This document shows positions 9,714-19,748 of a DNA stretch of 64,000 nucleotides, piece by piece. How positions within the stretch are numbered: position 1 is the stretch's first letter; each line of letters starts with the position of its first letter. Under the pieces are notes generated by a model. It made no database searches, was not told the DNA's origin, and saw only the letters and a list, made by a program, of their open reading frames with translations. The stretch is from positions 7,976 through 71,975 of the forward strand of contig JABIFP010000025.1 in the NCBI GenBank assembly GCA_018650645.1, given 5' to 3'. The DNA comes from Candidatus Magasanikiibacteriota bacterium (GTDB lineage: Bacteria; Patescibacteriota; Patescibacteriia; Magasanikbacterales; UBA922). A program made the translations under genes and the position numbers.

Positions 9714-10019
9714 CTACCGAGGCTGCTTGCGCTCACCAAGTAATTGTAACTTCTCAGTAATTTGTGCCTCAACATCCACTCCACTTAATCGCGCTAAAAT
9801 AAGTATATCAAAGAGCGCATCAATAATTTCTTCATGCAAATTTTGCTCACTATACTTTTCAGATCCGATTGATTCATTAAATAACTGCCGAGCTATTTCC
9901 CCAATTTCCTCTTGCAGATGAATAAAAGCATCTTCCTTACGAGGCCCCTCATTTGGTGAATGTGCCCATCGCTTGTTCACGATGACCATTACTTGATCTG
10001 TAATATTTGATATATCCAT
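9714..10019 (-). CDS. MazG-like nucleotide pyrophosphohydrolase family protein
   Basis: A ~100-aa all-helical product with EExxE-type motifs (LQEEIGEIARQL; LHEEIIDALFDILILA), typical of the MazG/NTP-PPase fold. Confidence 0.6.
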   Translation of the reverse strand: MDISNITDQVMVIVNKRWAHSPNEGPRKEDAFIHLQEEIGEIARQLFNESIGSEKYSEQNLHEEIIDALFDILILARLSGVDVEAQITEKLQLLGERKQPR

Positions 10020-10088
10020 ATGTATCTACCCTATCAAATTAATTATATATTGATAAGCGCTGCCGGTTTATGGTATACATGAGTGACT

Positions 10089-10928
10089 ATGAAACATACA
10101 ACCATTCTTTCCGTCCTAAAACACGCAACAATCCATATTTCACGCACAGATGCAGAAATCCTTCTTGCCACCATTCTCAAAAAGCCCCGAGAATGGATAA
10201 TGAGCCACCCCGATTCCTCCGCTAGCTTTGTAAATAGGCAAGTAATGAAACGAATGGTTAAAAGAAGAAAGAAAGGACTTCCACTTGCGTATCTTACGGG
10301 TAAAAAAGCATTTTATGGACGCGATTTTCTTGTCACAAAAGATACGCTCATTCCGCGCCCAGAAACTGAGCAATATGTACCACTCGTGCAATCGATTTGT
10401 ACGCCAGAAGCGATTATTGTGGATGTTGGAACAGGCACAGGCTGTATTCCTATTACATTAGAGCGCGAACAAATTGGTTCTGCACATATTGGTATCGATA
10501 TTTCTGCAGCAGCACTCACCATAGCTACAAAAAATGCGACGCGATTGTCTGCAAATGTCCTTTTTCTGCAAGGAAATCTATTAGAGCCGCTTGCCATGCA
10601 TGCTGCTTCTACCGATCACCTTATTATTACGGCAAATTTACCCTACTTAACAAAAGAAGAAATCCTTGCAGAGCCTACAATTGCGCATGAACCACGTTTA
10701 GCACTTGATGGCGGAGCAAATGGTGTTGCACTCTACGAGCACCTCCTTATGCAAGTAAAGCAATATAAAGAGCGGTCATCTGTCCGCATTGACGTCATTA
10801 TGGAAATAAATCCGCACCAGGTACAAAACATGCAAGCACTCTGCAAACGCATTATTTCTACTGGCCGCATTTCCATTCATCAAGACCTTCCAAAGAAAGA
10901 TCGATTTGTTATGCTCACGGTTGCATAA
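10089..10928 (+). CDS. prmC: release factor glutamine N5-methyltransferase
   Basis: LIPRPETE is the hallmark. The product also has an SAM-binding VDVGTGTGCI motif and an NPPY-like NLPY motif. ATG at 10089 (the track lists a GTG at 10083). Confidence 0.85.
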   Translation: MKHTTILSVLKHATIHISRTDAEILLATILKKPREWIMSHPDSSASFVNRQVMKRMVKRRKKGLPLAYLTGKKAFYGRDFLVTKDTLIPRPETEQYVPLVQSICTPEAIIVDVGTGTGCIPITLEREQIGSAHIGIDISAAALTIATKNATRLSANVLFLQGNLLEPLAMHAASTDHLIITANLPYLTKEEILAEPTIAHEPRLALDGGANGVALYEHLLMQVKQYKERSSVRIDVIMEINPHQVQNMQALCKRIISTGRISIHQDLPKKDRFVMLTVA

Positions 10929-10992
10929 CTATCCCCACTATTATTGTTAGCCAAAAGACGATACAATCTATAGACTATATTATTGCCTCATT

Positions 10993-12243
10993 ATGAAAAA
11001 GACTCGTATTGTTATTGTAGGTGGAGGGTTTGGCGGTATTAATACGCTTAAAGAACTTCACAAAACGTATCACGGTGATACAAATGTGGAAATTTCTTTG
11101 GTAAATAACACCAACTATTTTTTGTTTACCCCCCTACTGCATGAAGTTGCCACAGGAGGAATCAACCCAGGAAATATTGTAGAGCCAATTAGAAAAGTAC
11201 TCGGGTGCTGCCTAAAACAGTTCGTTGTAGGAGAAGTAACTCGCATTGATACTGAAAAACAAGAAGTACACACGACCCATCGTTCGCTTCCGTATGATAT
11301 TTTGGTACTTGCTCTTGGGTCTAAAACGGTTTTTTATGGCTGCCCCGGAGCAGAGGAACATTGCTATACATTAAAATCTCTTGATGATGCACTTGCACTG
11401 AAAAGACGATTTATTTCTCAGGTAGAATGTGCAATTCATGAAAAAGACGAAGCTAAACGTAAAGCAATGCTCCATTTTTGTATTATTGGAGGCGGACCAA
11501 CAGGCGTAGAACTTGCAGCGGAAGCACAAGAACTTTTCTTCAAGACGCTTACTAGCTATTATCCGTATCACAAGGATATTATTTCTGAAATTCGCATCAG
11601 TTTAATTCAAAAAGGCAGCGCGTTACTCCCGGTGTTGTCTGAAAAAATTCAACAAAAGGCATTTTCCGTACTTACAAAAAAAGGTATTGATGTAAAACTG
11701 AGTACTGGTGTTGTGGGCGTCACAAAAGATTCAGTCGAGTTAGACTCAGGTGAAAAACTCCTCACGCAAACACCCATTTGGGTAGCTGGTGTTGGCCCAC
11801 AAACAGTAGCCTGGGACAAAGAACCCGAACTCTCTACCCGAGGAAAGATACTGGTACACCCAACACTGCAAACCAAATCGCATAAAAATATTTTTGTGAT
11901 TGGAGACATGGCCCATTGCAGTATTACGCAAGATGGCACTCCCCTGCCGGCGCTTGCCCAAGTTGCGCATAAAGAAGGAATAGCCGCAGCAAAAAATATT
12001 CATAGAATCCTGAGCGGCAAAAAAACAGAGCCAATTCGATACGTTCATTCCGGAAATTTGGTCTCCCTTGGGAGCTGGATGGCTGCCGGAGAGATCAAGG
12101 GCAGAAGTTTTTCTGGCCACCTCACTTGGTGGTTCTGGAGAACAGTATATTTGACCAAGTTGATTTCTTGGCAGAAAAAAGTTAAAGTAGCTATTGATTG
12201 GACAGTAAACCTCCTATCCCCTAGAGATATTAGTCATTTTTAA
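10993..12243 (+). CDS. ndh: type II NADH dehydrogenase (NDH-2), FAD-dependent pyridine nucleotide-disulfide oxidoreductase
   Basis: An N-terminal IVIVGGGFGG Rossmann motif, a second GGGPTG motif, and a length and architecture matching NDH-2. Confidence 0.9.
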   Translation: MKKTRIVIVGGGFGGINTLKELHKTYHGDTNVEISLVNNTNYFLFTPLLHEVATGGINPGNIVEPIRKVLGCCLKQFVVGEVTRIDTEKQEVHTTHRSLPYDILVLALGSKTVFYGCPGAEEHCYTLKSLDDALALKRRFISQVECAIHEKDEAKRKAMLHFCIIGGGPTGVELAAEAQELFFKTLTSYYPYHKDIISEIRISLIQKGSALLPVLSEKIQQKAFSVLTKKGIDVKLSTGVVGVTKDSVELDSGEKLLTQTPIWVAGVGPQTVAWDKEPELSTRGKILVHPTLQTKSHKNIFVIGDMAHCSITQDGTPLPALAQVAHKEGIAAAKNIHRILSGKKTEPIRYVHSGNLVSLGSWMAAGEIKGRSFSGHLTWWFWRTVYLTKLISWQKKVKVAIDWTVNLLSPRDISHF

Positions 12244-12253
12244 TTGCCTTTAT

Positions 12254-13039
12254 ATGAAAGCAAGACAAACACTCCTGTCACTAAGCCTCCCCTTCCTCGC
12301 AGCAGCGCTTCTGCTGAGCGGTTGTGGGAATAAAACAGCCGATACACCAGAACCTACCCCAGCAGCAGATGCTGAGCAAGCAATGGAAGCAGCGCCAGAA
12401 GATCAAGCACCACTCACATTTACACACGCAATTGTCCTCAATGAAAGCTCTCTTACATGGGCTGGTGAAAAAATTGTAGGTGGTGCACATAATGGAACAG
12501 TAGAGTTTTTGAGCGGAGGACTGTATCTTGAAGACGGCAACATTGTTGGTGGTGAGTTTGAAGTAGACATGAATACGATTACGGATCTTGACCTTACTAA
12601 AGAAGGATCAAAACTTTCTTTAGAAAATCATCTCAAAGGAACAGATTTCTTTGATGTAGAAAATTTCCCAACAGCAAAAGTTGTGATTACTTCTGCTGAA
12701 CCAACGGGAGAAGCCCCTCCAGCAGCAACTCACAATATTGTTGCAGACCTCACAATTAAGGGTGTTACTAACGAAATTACTTTCCCAGCGAACATTACAT
12801 TTGATGATGAACAAGGAGTCATTGAGTATAGCGCTGAAGCTGATATGGTACTCGACAGAACAAAATGGAACCTTACCTATGGTTCAGGAAGCTTCTTTAA
12901 AGAACTTGGCGATGGCGCGATTAGAGATGAGATGAAACTCGGATTTGATCTGCTTGTAAGACAAGGTGCTTGGCCTGATGCAAAAGCAGGCGAAGAAGCT
13001 AACGCAGATGCTGAAGAAGATGCAGAAATGAAAGGATAA
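12254..13039 (+). CDS. YceI-like family lipoprotein
   Basis: A lipobox LLLSGC, followed by YceI-like signatures (LKGTDFFDVENFPTAKV; DLTIKGVTNEITFP). Confidence 0.7.
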   Translation: MKARQTLLSLSLPFLAAALLLSGCGNKTADTPEPTPAADAEQAMEAAPEDQAPLTFTHAIVLNESSLTWAGEKIVGGAHNGTVEFLSGGLYLEDGNIVGGEFEVDMNTITDLDLTKEGSKLSLENHLKGTDFFDVENFPTAKVVITSAEPTGEAPPAATHNIVADLTIKGVTNEITFPANITFDDEQGVIEYSAEADMVLDRTKWNLTYGSGSFFKELGDGAIRDEMKLGFDLLVRQGAWPDAKAGEEANADAEEDAEMKG

Positions 13040-13054
13040 TACGTTATCCATTAA

Positions 13055-13083
13055 AAAGAACGCCAATACGGCGTTCTTTTTTT
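13055..13083. terminator. rho-independent terminator after the YceI-like gene
   Basis: gaacgcc aatac ggcgttc followed by ttttttt, preceded by an A-run, so it is bidirectional. Confidence 0.75.
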
Positions 13084-13153
13084 CATGATGCAAATGTACA
13101 ATAATACACTTGCATCATGGACCGTTCAACTCCTTTTTCCCCATGATGAACGG

Positions 13154-13549
13154 TCAGGCAACGCGCTTTACTTGCGCGCGGACAATTGTTGTACCTTCTG
13201 ATGCCTGCAGCAGATCCGTTCCGCTCGGCGCAATGAAGTACACTGCACCATTGTCGAATTGAATCTTCACAGCAGCCACCCCCCGATCAAGAAGCACCGG
13301 CCCGTGTGCAGGATTGTCTTCCTTTCTGTGAGCCTCCCAACTCACGGTGAGACAATGTACCCCCGCATCCGCCCTGAAATTAGGCATCGTGCCAAGCAGG
13401 TGATCGGGTCCCGACACGCAGACAGCGTTGAATGCCCTTGGACTGTCAGTCAACATCAGAATCCGCGCACTGACAGCAAGGTAAATTCCAGAGAACCCAC
13501 TTGCCGTAAACATGCGTCCGCTGCTGCGAATGAGCTCTGCATACGTCAT
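13154..13549 (-). CDS. hypothetical protein encoded in a GC-rich island
   Basis: A 131-aa ORF. Local GC is ~55% against ~40% in the flanks. A strong RBS aaaggagaacacaATG precedes the ATG at 13549. No recognisable domain. Confidence 0.5.
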   Translation of the reverse strand: MTYAELIRSSGRMFTASGFSGIYLAVSARILMLTDSPRAFNAVCVSGPDHLLGTMPNFRADAGVHCLTVSWEAHRKEDNPAHGPVLLDRGVAAVKIQFDNGAVYFIAPSGTDLLQASEGTTIVRAQVKRVA

Positions 13550-13677
13550 TGTGTTCTCCTTTCCCATGCATATAAGCATATATATGCCCCTACGTCAATC
13601 TGCTGAACACCAAAACTATTCACAATTGTTCAATAAAATGGTCAAGTGGTATACTCATTCCACTTAATCAATTTCTT

Positions 13678-14538
13678 ATGCCAAGACCCGAAACGCTCCA
13701 GTCGCTTATCTATGTAGATGGCAGCGATCTATCAGAAACAGCACAGATGATGGATGCCCTTGGATTTGTTGATGGTCAAACAACCAACCCAAGTAATTTT
13801 GTAAAAGCGCTGAAAAAAGAGCTTGGAACAGAAGATATTACCTTTTCTAAGGAAGAACTACTGGCTACATACAAAACTCGCGTAGAAGAAATTTCAAAGG
13901 CGCTGCCAAACGGCTCAGTATCTGTTGAAGTGTATGCAGATAAAGATACAACGGCGGCAGACATGATTACCCAAGGAACAGAAATGTATAGTTGGATTCC
14001 AAACGCACATATTAAGCTCCCCATTACCGCAGCAGGATTGGAAGCGGCAGAACATTTTGTGGCAAACGGCATGCGTGTAAATATGACACTTTGCTTTACC
14101 CAAGAACAAGCTGCAGCCGTATTTGCAGCAACAAAAGGCGCAAAACGCGGTGACGTCTATATTTCTCCTTTTATTGGCAGAGTAAATGATAAAGGGCTGA
14201 ATGGTATGGATATTGTAAGTAACATTGTCCGCATGTATAAACAGGCCGATGATCATGTCATGATTTTAGCAGCGAGTATTAGAGACGCTAACCAGCTGGC
14301 AGAGGCAATAGCAGTAGGATCTGACATTACAACAAGCTATCTGAAAGCAATATTAGAATGGAATGAGCAAGGCATGCCCGTAAATGACCCATCTACCTAT
14401 TCACATCCTGATTTAGCGCCTATTGCGTATAAAGAAATCGATCTATCTGAAGACTGGCGAAGTTATGACATCTCTCACCCAATGACGGATGATGGATTAG
14501 TGCGATTTGCGCAGGACTGGAACGCGCTCATAGCATAA
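13678..14538 (+). CDS. tal: transaldolase
   Basis: A DGQTTNPS motif and a Schiff-base Lys in HIKLPIT, on a TIM-barrel transaldolase/Fsa-family layout. Confidence 0.85.
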   Translation: MPRPETLQSLIYVDGSDLSETAQMMDALGFVDGQTTNPSNFVKALKKELGTEDITFSKEELLATYKTRVEEISKALPNGSVSVEVYADKDTTAADMITQGTEMYSWIPNAHIKLPITAAGLEAAEHFVANGMRVNMTLCFTQEQAAAVFAATKGAKRGDVYISPFIGRVNDKGLNGMDIVSNIVRMYKQADDHVMILAASIRDANQLAEAIAVGSDITTSYLKAILEWNEQGMPVNDPSTYSHPDLAPIAYKEIDLSEDWRSYDISHPMTDDGLVRFAQDWNALIA

Positions 14539-14593
14539 AGGGATACTTCTCTGCAGCTGGCACACGCAAGCTGCATAATAATTTTCTCTTTAT

Positions 14594-15286
14594 ATGAAAA
14601 CCTGGATTGTTTATATTTTTGCGTTTATTGGAGCCGCTCTTATTCTTACATCAATTGGAAATGCGATAAGTATTCAGCTGTTTAATCAAGATGCCGTTCC
14701 CGCGACAGGAGAAGTCGTGGAACTTCTTGAAACAGAAGGCGAAGAATACTACCTGTACGCGCCGGTAATTGAATACACGACCGCTGAAGGAGAACTAATC
14801 ACCTATTCACATAGCAGCTACACATATCCATCAAGCTATGCCATTGGAGAAACGGTACCAATGCTCTATAAAGCCAGTAAGCCGAGTAAAGCTCGTATAG
14901 ATAGTCCGACTGAAGAATGGTTTCTGGTTGGATTCATGTTTTTTATGGGCCTCCTCTTTGCCGTATTTGGATTTGCACTTCCAGTGTATAAACGATACAG
15001 AAAACGAGTTGGACAAAAGCTTAAAGAGACAGGAACTTCTGTGCAAGCAAAAATTATTGGCCTAGAAAAAAATCGAGCCATTGTTATTCAAGGCAAAAGT
15101 CCATTCCGTATTTTGGCGCAATACCACAACACACAAACAAATACTGTTTATGATTATACGAGCGACAACATTTGGTGGGACCCTACCGAATTTGTAAAAG
15201 AAGGAGCGCTTGTAACTGTATATGTAGACAGAAATAATCCAAAAAAACATTCTATGGATCTATCATTTTTACCTAAGCATAGCTAA
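14594..15286 (+). CDS. membrane protein, DUF3592-like (hypothetical)
   Basis: An N-terminal TM and a central TM flank a predicted beta-rich segment. No catalytic motifs. Confidence 0.45.
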   Translation: MKTWIVYIFAFIGAALILTSIGNAISIQLFNQDAVPATGEVVELLETEGEEYYLYAPVIEYTTAEGELITYSHSSYTYPSSYAIGETVPMLYKASKPSKARIDSPTEEWFLVGFMFFMGLLFAVFGFALPVYKRYRKRVGQKLKETGTSVQAKIIGLEKNRAIVIQGKSPFRILAQYHNTQTNTVYDYTSDNIWWDPTEFVKEGALVTVYVDRNNPKKHSMDLSFLPKHS

Positions 15287-15303
15287 TAATTAATAGCACT
15301 CGT

Positions 15304-15558
15304 ATGAAAAAAGTTACTATCTACACTAAACAATCATGTCCGTACTGTGTCCATGCTAAAGAATTGCTTCAAAGCATTGGCGCTGAGTATGAAGAAATTG
15401 ATGTGCTGCAGCACCCAGAGAAGCGAGCTGAGGCGGCAGAAAAATATAACTGGATGAGCGTACCCATGATTCTTATTGGTGAAGAATTTATTGGTGGCTA
15501 CGATGACATGGCAGCACTTCACCAAAAAGGCGAACTTATGCCAAAACTTGCTGACTAA
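15304..15558 (+). CDS. grxC: glutaredoxin
   Basis: An 84-aa thioredoxin fold with a CPYC active site (KQSCPYCVHAK) and the GGYDD motif. Confidence 0.85.
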   Translation: MKKVTIYTKQSCPYCVHAKELLQSIGAEYEEIDVLQHPEKRAEAAEKYNWMSVPMILIGEEFIGGYDDMAALHQKGELMPKLAD

Positions 15559-15566
15559 TTTTGTAT

Positions 15567-16868
15567 ATGATTACCCTATTAACCAAACAATTACACAAAG
15601 TGCAAGCAGCTCACGGTCTTTCTAAAAAGGAACTTGCTGTATCAAAAAAAATATTGCAAAAACATATTGCAGGAGCACTTGCGCGTGACCAACACTTTCA
15701 TAACATTGTAGATGATACTGAAACGGTTCGTATTATTGAGCAGTATGCAGCAAGTGTGAAAGGAAGTTATGACCATGTTGTCCTTTGCGGCATTGGTGGA
15801 TCTGCACTTGGTCCGATTTGTCTGAAAGAAGCGCTCACTCACCTGTACGCTGCTGAGCAAAAAGAGAGAAATCACCCAATACTTCATGTTATTGATAATG
15901 TAGACCCTGCAATGATCGCAGAGGTTGAAAGCATTCTGAATTTCAAGCGAACACTGTTCCTCTTTATTTCAAAATCTGGAAATACTGCAGAAGTACTCAG
16001 CATGTATTTATATTTCAAAGCACGCTGTATTAAAGAAGGAGTTCCCTTTTCTGATCATGCACTCATGGTTACGCATGCAGGAAAAGGAAAACTCTATGAA
16101 CTTGGAACAAAAGACGAGCTACCTATTATTGAACATGGGCCAGTTGGAGGTCGATTTGCGGTGCTCAGCTCTGTTGGACTACTACCAGCTGCGCTCCTTG
16201 GCATAAATATCAAAAAACTTCTCAAGGGAGCAAAGCAAATGCGAGACAAATTCCTCTCAATAGATCCAAAACAAAATCTCCCCTTCCAAATGGCCAACAT
16301 GCAGTATTTGCTCACAAAAAAAGGCAAACATATTCATGTCATGATGCCGTATTCTCAAAAACTTTTCCGATTTGCAGACTGGTACAGACAACTTCTTGCT
16401 GAAAGTATTGGAAAAGAAGTAAATGATAAGGGAAAAAAAGTGAATATTGGAATTACCCCCGTCAAAGCGCTTGGAACAACCGATCAACACTCACAATCAC
16501 AACTCTATAATGAAGGACCGAACAATAAATTCATCATGCTTGTGCATGCAAAGTCACTCCATAAGACTATCCGAATTCCTTCATTATATAAAGGTGACAA
16601 ATCGCTTGCCTACTTGCAAGGAGCAACCTTTAATCAGCTTATTGATGCAGAAAGAGAAGGTACAGCTGATTCGTATACGGCTTATAACAAACCAAACATA
16701 ACTATTCAAATAGATAAAGTAGATGAGGTGCATCTTGGTGGACTGTTCATGCTATTTGAAGGAGCTACCGCATTCCTTGGGGAGCTCTTTGGCATCAATG
16801 CCTATAACCAACCAGGGGTTGAACTTGCAAAAAAACGCACAGTAACGTATTTAAAGAAAAAGAGATAA
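15567..16868 (+). CDS. pgi: glucose-6-phosphate isomerase
   Basis: A SIS-domain motif VLCGIGGSALG, ISKSGNTAE, and full-length PGI architecture. ATG at 15567. Confidence 0.85.
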   Translation: MITLLTKQLHKVQAAHGLSKKELAVSKKILQKHIAGALARDQHFHNIVDDTETVRIIEQYAASVKGSYDHVVLCGIGGSALGPICLKEALTHLYAAEQKERNHPILHVIDNVDPAMIAEVESILNFKRTLFLFISKSGNTAEVLSMYLYFKARCIKEGVPFSDHALMVTHAGKGKLYELGTKDELPIIEHGPVGGRFAVLSSVGLLPAALLGINIKKLLKGAKQMRDKFLSIDPKQNLPFQMANMQYLLTKKGKHIHVMMPYSQKLFRFADWYRQLLAESIGKEVNDKGKKVNIGITPVKALGTTDQHSQSQLYNEGPNNKFIMLVHAKSLHKTIRIPSLYKGDKSLAYLQGATFNQLIDAEREGTADSYTAYNKPNITIQIDKVDEVHLGGLFMLFEGATAFLGELFGINAYNQPGVELAKKRTVTYLKKKR

Positions 16869-16872
16869 GCAT

Positions 16873-18285
16873 ATGCAGCAATCACTATCGCAGTTTGGAA
16901 TGATTGGCCTTGGTGTCATGGGAGCAGCGCTCGCAAAAAATGTAGAGAGCCGCGGGTATCAGGTCAGTGTCTATAACAGAAGCAAAGATAAGCGAGATGC
17001 CTTCATGAAAACTTATGGTGATGGTAATTTTGTATGCACAGAATCGATTGAAAAATTTACAGCTTCACTTGAACGACCCAGAAAATTCATGCTGCTAGTG
17101 CAAGCTGGAAAAGCTGTTGATGCCGTCATTGAATCACTTCTCCCCCATCTAGAAGAAGGAGACATTATTATTGATGGAGGAAATTCTTTTTACAAAGATA
17201 CACAGCGAAGAGAACTCGCTTTAAAAGAAAAAGGTATTCATTTTGTAGGCTGCGGTGTAAGTGGCGGAGAAGAAGGAGCGCTAAAAGGGCCAAGTATCAT
17301 GCCTGGCGGATCGGCTGAATCATGGAAACAAATTCAACCAATTTTAGAAGCAATTGCTGCAAAAGATTTTTCTGGAGGCCCCTGTGTTACCCATGTAGGT
17401 GAAAACGGTGCAGGACATTACGTAAAAATGGTGCACAACGGTATTGAATACGGCATCATGCAACTCATTGCTGAATCCTACGACATTTTGCGAACAGGAT
17501 ACGGCATGCAAGCGTCAGAAATTGCCGATGTGTTTGCTGGATTCACCAAAGGAAAACTCAGTTCATACTTATTTGATATCGCAGTACCAGTACTACGAAA
17601 ACAAGATGACCAAGACGGTAAAACCGGAGCACTTATTGATGCAATTTTAGATCAAGCAAGCAATAAAGGAACCGGTAAATGGACATCCGTTGATGCACTG
17701 GACCGCGGGCAAGCAATTCCTACCATTACGGCAGCTGTGTACGCAAGATACACCTCCACAAATAAAGATGTGCGGACAGCCCTCTCTTCAGTATATCCAA
17801 AATCAGAATATTCACCAGCACTTGATCAAAGCGACATGATAGCAGCGCTTGAAGATGCGCTTTATGCTGGAGTACTCAGCTGTTTTGCGCAAGGATATGA
17901 TCTTATTGTGCAAGTAGCAGAAGCAGAAAAGTGGGATATCGATCTTGCTGAGGTTTCTAGAATATGGGAAGGCGGTTGTATCATTAGAGCAACACTGCTT
18001 TCTGAATTCCAAGAAGGATTCAAGGAATCTTCAGCACACCTGCTGAGTCACTCACACATTGTTGAAAAAATCACTACATCTGTACCACACCTGCGAGCGC
18101 TTATTGCACAAACTGTGCAGCTTGGTATTGCCCTTCCAGCATTTTATAGTGCCCTTGGGTATATCGATGCAATGACGACAGCAAACAGTAGTGCAAACAT
18201 GATTCAAGGACTCCGAGATTATTTTGGAGCACATACATACAAACGCAATGATATGGAGGGAACCTTCCATTCTCATTGGGATTAA
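16873..18285 (+). CDS. gnd: 6-phosphogluconate dehydrogenase, decarboxylating
   Basis: An N-terminal GMIGLGVMG NADP-binding motif, a conserved 6PGD core and C-terminal domain, 470 aa. Confidence 0.95.
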   Translation: MQQSLSQFGMIGLGVMGAALAKNVESRGYQVSVYNRSKDKRDAFMKTYGDGNFVCTESIEKFTASLERPRKFMLLVQAGKAVDAVIESLLPHLEEGDIIIDGGNSFYKDTQRRELALKEKGIHFVGCGVSGGEEGALKGPSIMPGGSAESWKQIQPILEAIAAKDFSGGPCVTHVGENGAGHYVKMVHNGIEYGIMQLIAESYDILRTGYGMQASEIADVFAGFTKGKLSSYLFDIAVPVLRKQDDQDGKTGALIDAILDQASNKGTGKWTSVDALDRGQAIPTITAAVYARYTSTNKDVRTALSSVYPKSEYSPALDQSDMIAALEDALYAGVLSCFAQGYDLIVQVAEAEKWDIDLAEVSRIWEGGCIIRATLLSEFQEGFKESSAHLLSHSHIVEKITTSVPHLRALIAQTVQLGIALPAFYSALGYIDAMTTANSSANMIQGLRDYFGAHTYKRNDMEGTFHSHWD

Positions 18286-18295
18286 TCATATACCT

Positions 18296-19747
18296 ATGGT
18301 AGAAACCATTGAGACCTCATTCATCATTTCCATTTTCGGCGCATCTGGAGATTTGGCAAAGATAAAAATCTTTCCGTCACTTTATGCTCTCGCAAAACAA
18401 AACAGACTGCCCAAAGATTACTTAATGGTTGGTTTTGCGCGTACACAGATGTCGCATGATGAATTCAAAAAAACCGTGCGGCAAGCGGTAAAAAAATATT
18501 CTAAATTGTCAGTCGATGAAACCATTCTTAATAAAATGCTAAAGCATGTATTTTATTTTTCAGGACAATATAGTTCTTTAGAAGATTTTGTATCGTATCG
18601 TCAATTCTTAAAAGATACATTTACTTCTCACTGCGGAGCGCCACTGCGATTACAAAAAATACCGCATATCGCTTATTTTTCCATTCCTCCTGTTGTGTTT
18701 AAGGATGTGGTAAAAAATCTTGGTGAATCAAGAACAAATAAGCATGAAGACCTGCGTTTGGTAATAGAAAAACCATTTGGTGATTGTGAAAAAAGTGCAA
18801 AAGCACTCTTTCACTTTATTTCTCAGCATTTTCACGAAGACCAATTCTACCTCCTGGATCATTATCTTGGAAAAGCTTCCGTCCAAAGTATCTTAAACAT
18901 GCGACAGAGTAATCGTGTACTGAATAATATTATTAGAGGCTCTGAAATAGCAAATATTCAGATTACCGCAGCTGAATCGGTTGGTGTTGGTCACCGAATT
19001 GGGTATTTTGAACAAGTTGGTATTGTAAAAGACATTATCCAATCACATTTATTGCAGGTACTAGCACTGGTAACTATGAATATTCCAAATCATAGAAATG
19101 CAGCGAGTTTGCAAAGAGAAAAAGGAAATATTTTGGAGGCTATTGACTGCCCATGTGATGCCCCAAATGTTGTGTTAGGCCAATACGAGTCTTATAAAAA
19201 GGCCAAAGGTGTGGCACCAAAGAGTAGAACAGAAACGTATGCTGCCGTTCGCCTGTTTCTTGACTCACAGCAATGGTATAACGTGCCTATATATTTGCGC
19301 ACAGGAAAACGCCTGAGTAAAAAACATACGTACGCAGTAATTGAACTTAAAAAATTCCCTTTTCAAGGAAAAGATGAAGCGCCAAATAGAATAGTTATTG
19401 AATTTCACCCAGAACCGCGCATTGGGATTTCACTGATTAATTTTCAGGAAGGTGCGCAGCGCTATCAAACGGTAAGCACCTCAGCATCAATCGCCTGTAA
19501 TATTGAAGGATGTCTTCCTGAACACGGAGAACTCCTCCTTGATGTACTCAAAAAGGAACGTATGCACTTCCTTAGCTTTAACGAGATACTCGCGTCATGG
19601 AAAATTGTAGATCGGATTACGCAAAACATGAAGGAAAAGAAAATTAAGCTCAATATCTATAAAGATGGAAGCCGCGGACCTGAATCGCAACATTCTCTAC
19701 CTAAAAAAGATGGATACACCTGGTTTGATCCAAATGAAATTAGATAA
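18296..19747 (+). CDS. zwf: glucose-6-phosphate 1-dehydrogenase
   Basis: IFGASGDLAKIKIFPSLY NADP motif, an EKPFG motif and a DHYLGK motif. ATG at 18296, in the track ORF frame. Confidence 0.9.
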   Translation: MVETIETSFIISIFGASGDLAKIKIFPSLYALAKQNRLPKDYLMVGFARTQMSHDEFKKTVRQAVKKYSKLSVDETILNKMLKHVFYFSGQYSSLEDFVSYRQFLKDTFTSHCGAPLRLQKIPHIAYFSIPPVVFKDVVKNLGESRTNKHEDLRLVIEKPFGDCEKSAKALFHFISQHFHEDQFYLLDHYLGKASVQSILNMRQSNRVLNNIIRGSEIANIQITAAESVGVGHRIGYFEQVGIVKDIIQSHLLQVLALVTMNIPNHRNAASLQREKGNILEAIDCPCDAPNVVLGQYESYKKAKGVAPKSRTETYAAVRLFLDSQQWYNVPIYLRTGKRLSKKHTYAVIELKKFPFQGKDEAPNRIVIEFHPEPRIGISLINFQEGAQRYQTVSTSASIACNIEGCLPEHGELLLDVLKKERMHFLSFNEILASWKIVDRITQNMKEKKIKLNIYKDGSRGPESQHSLPKKDGYTWFDPNEIR

Positions 19748-19748
19748 T

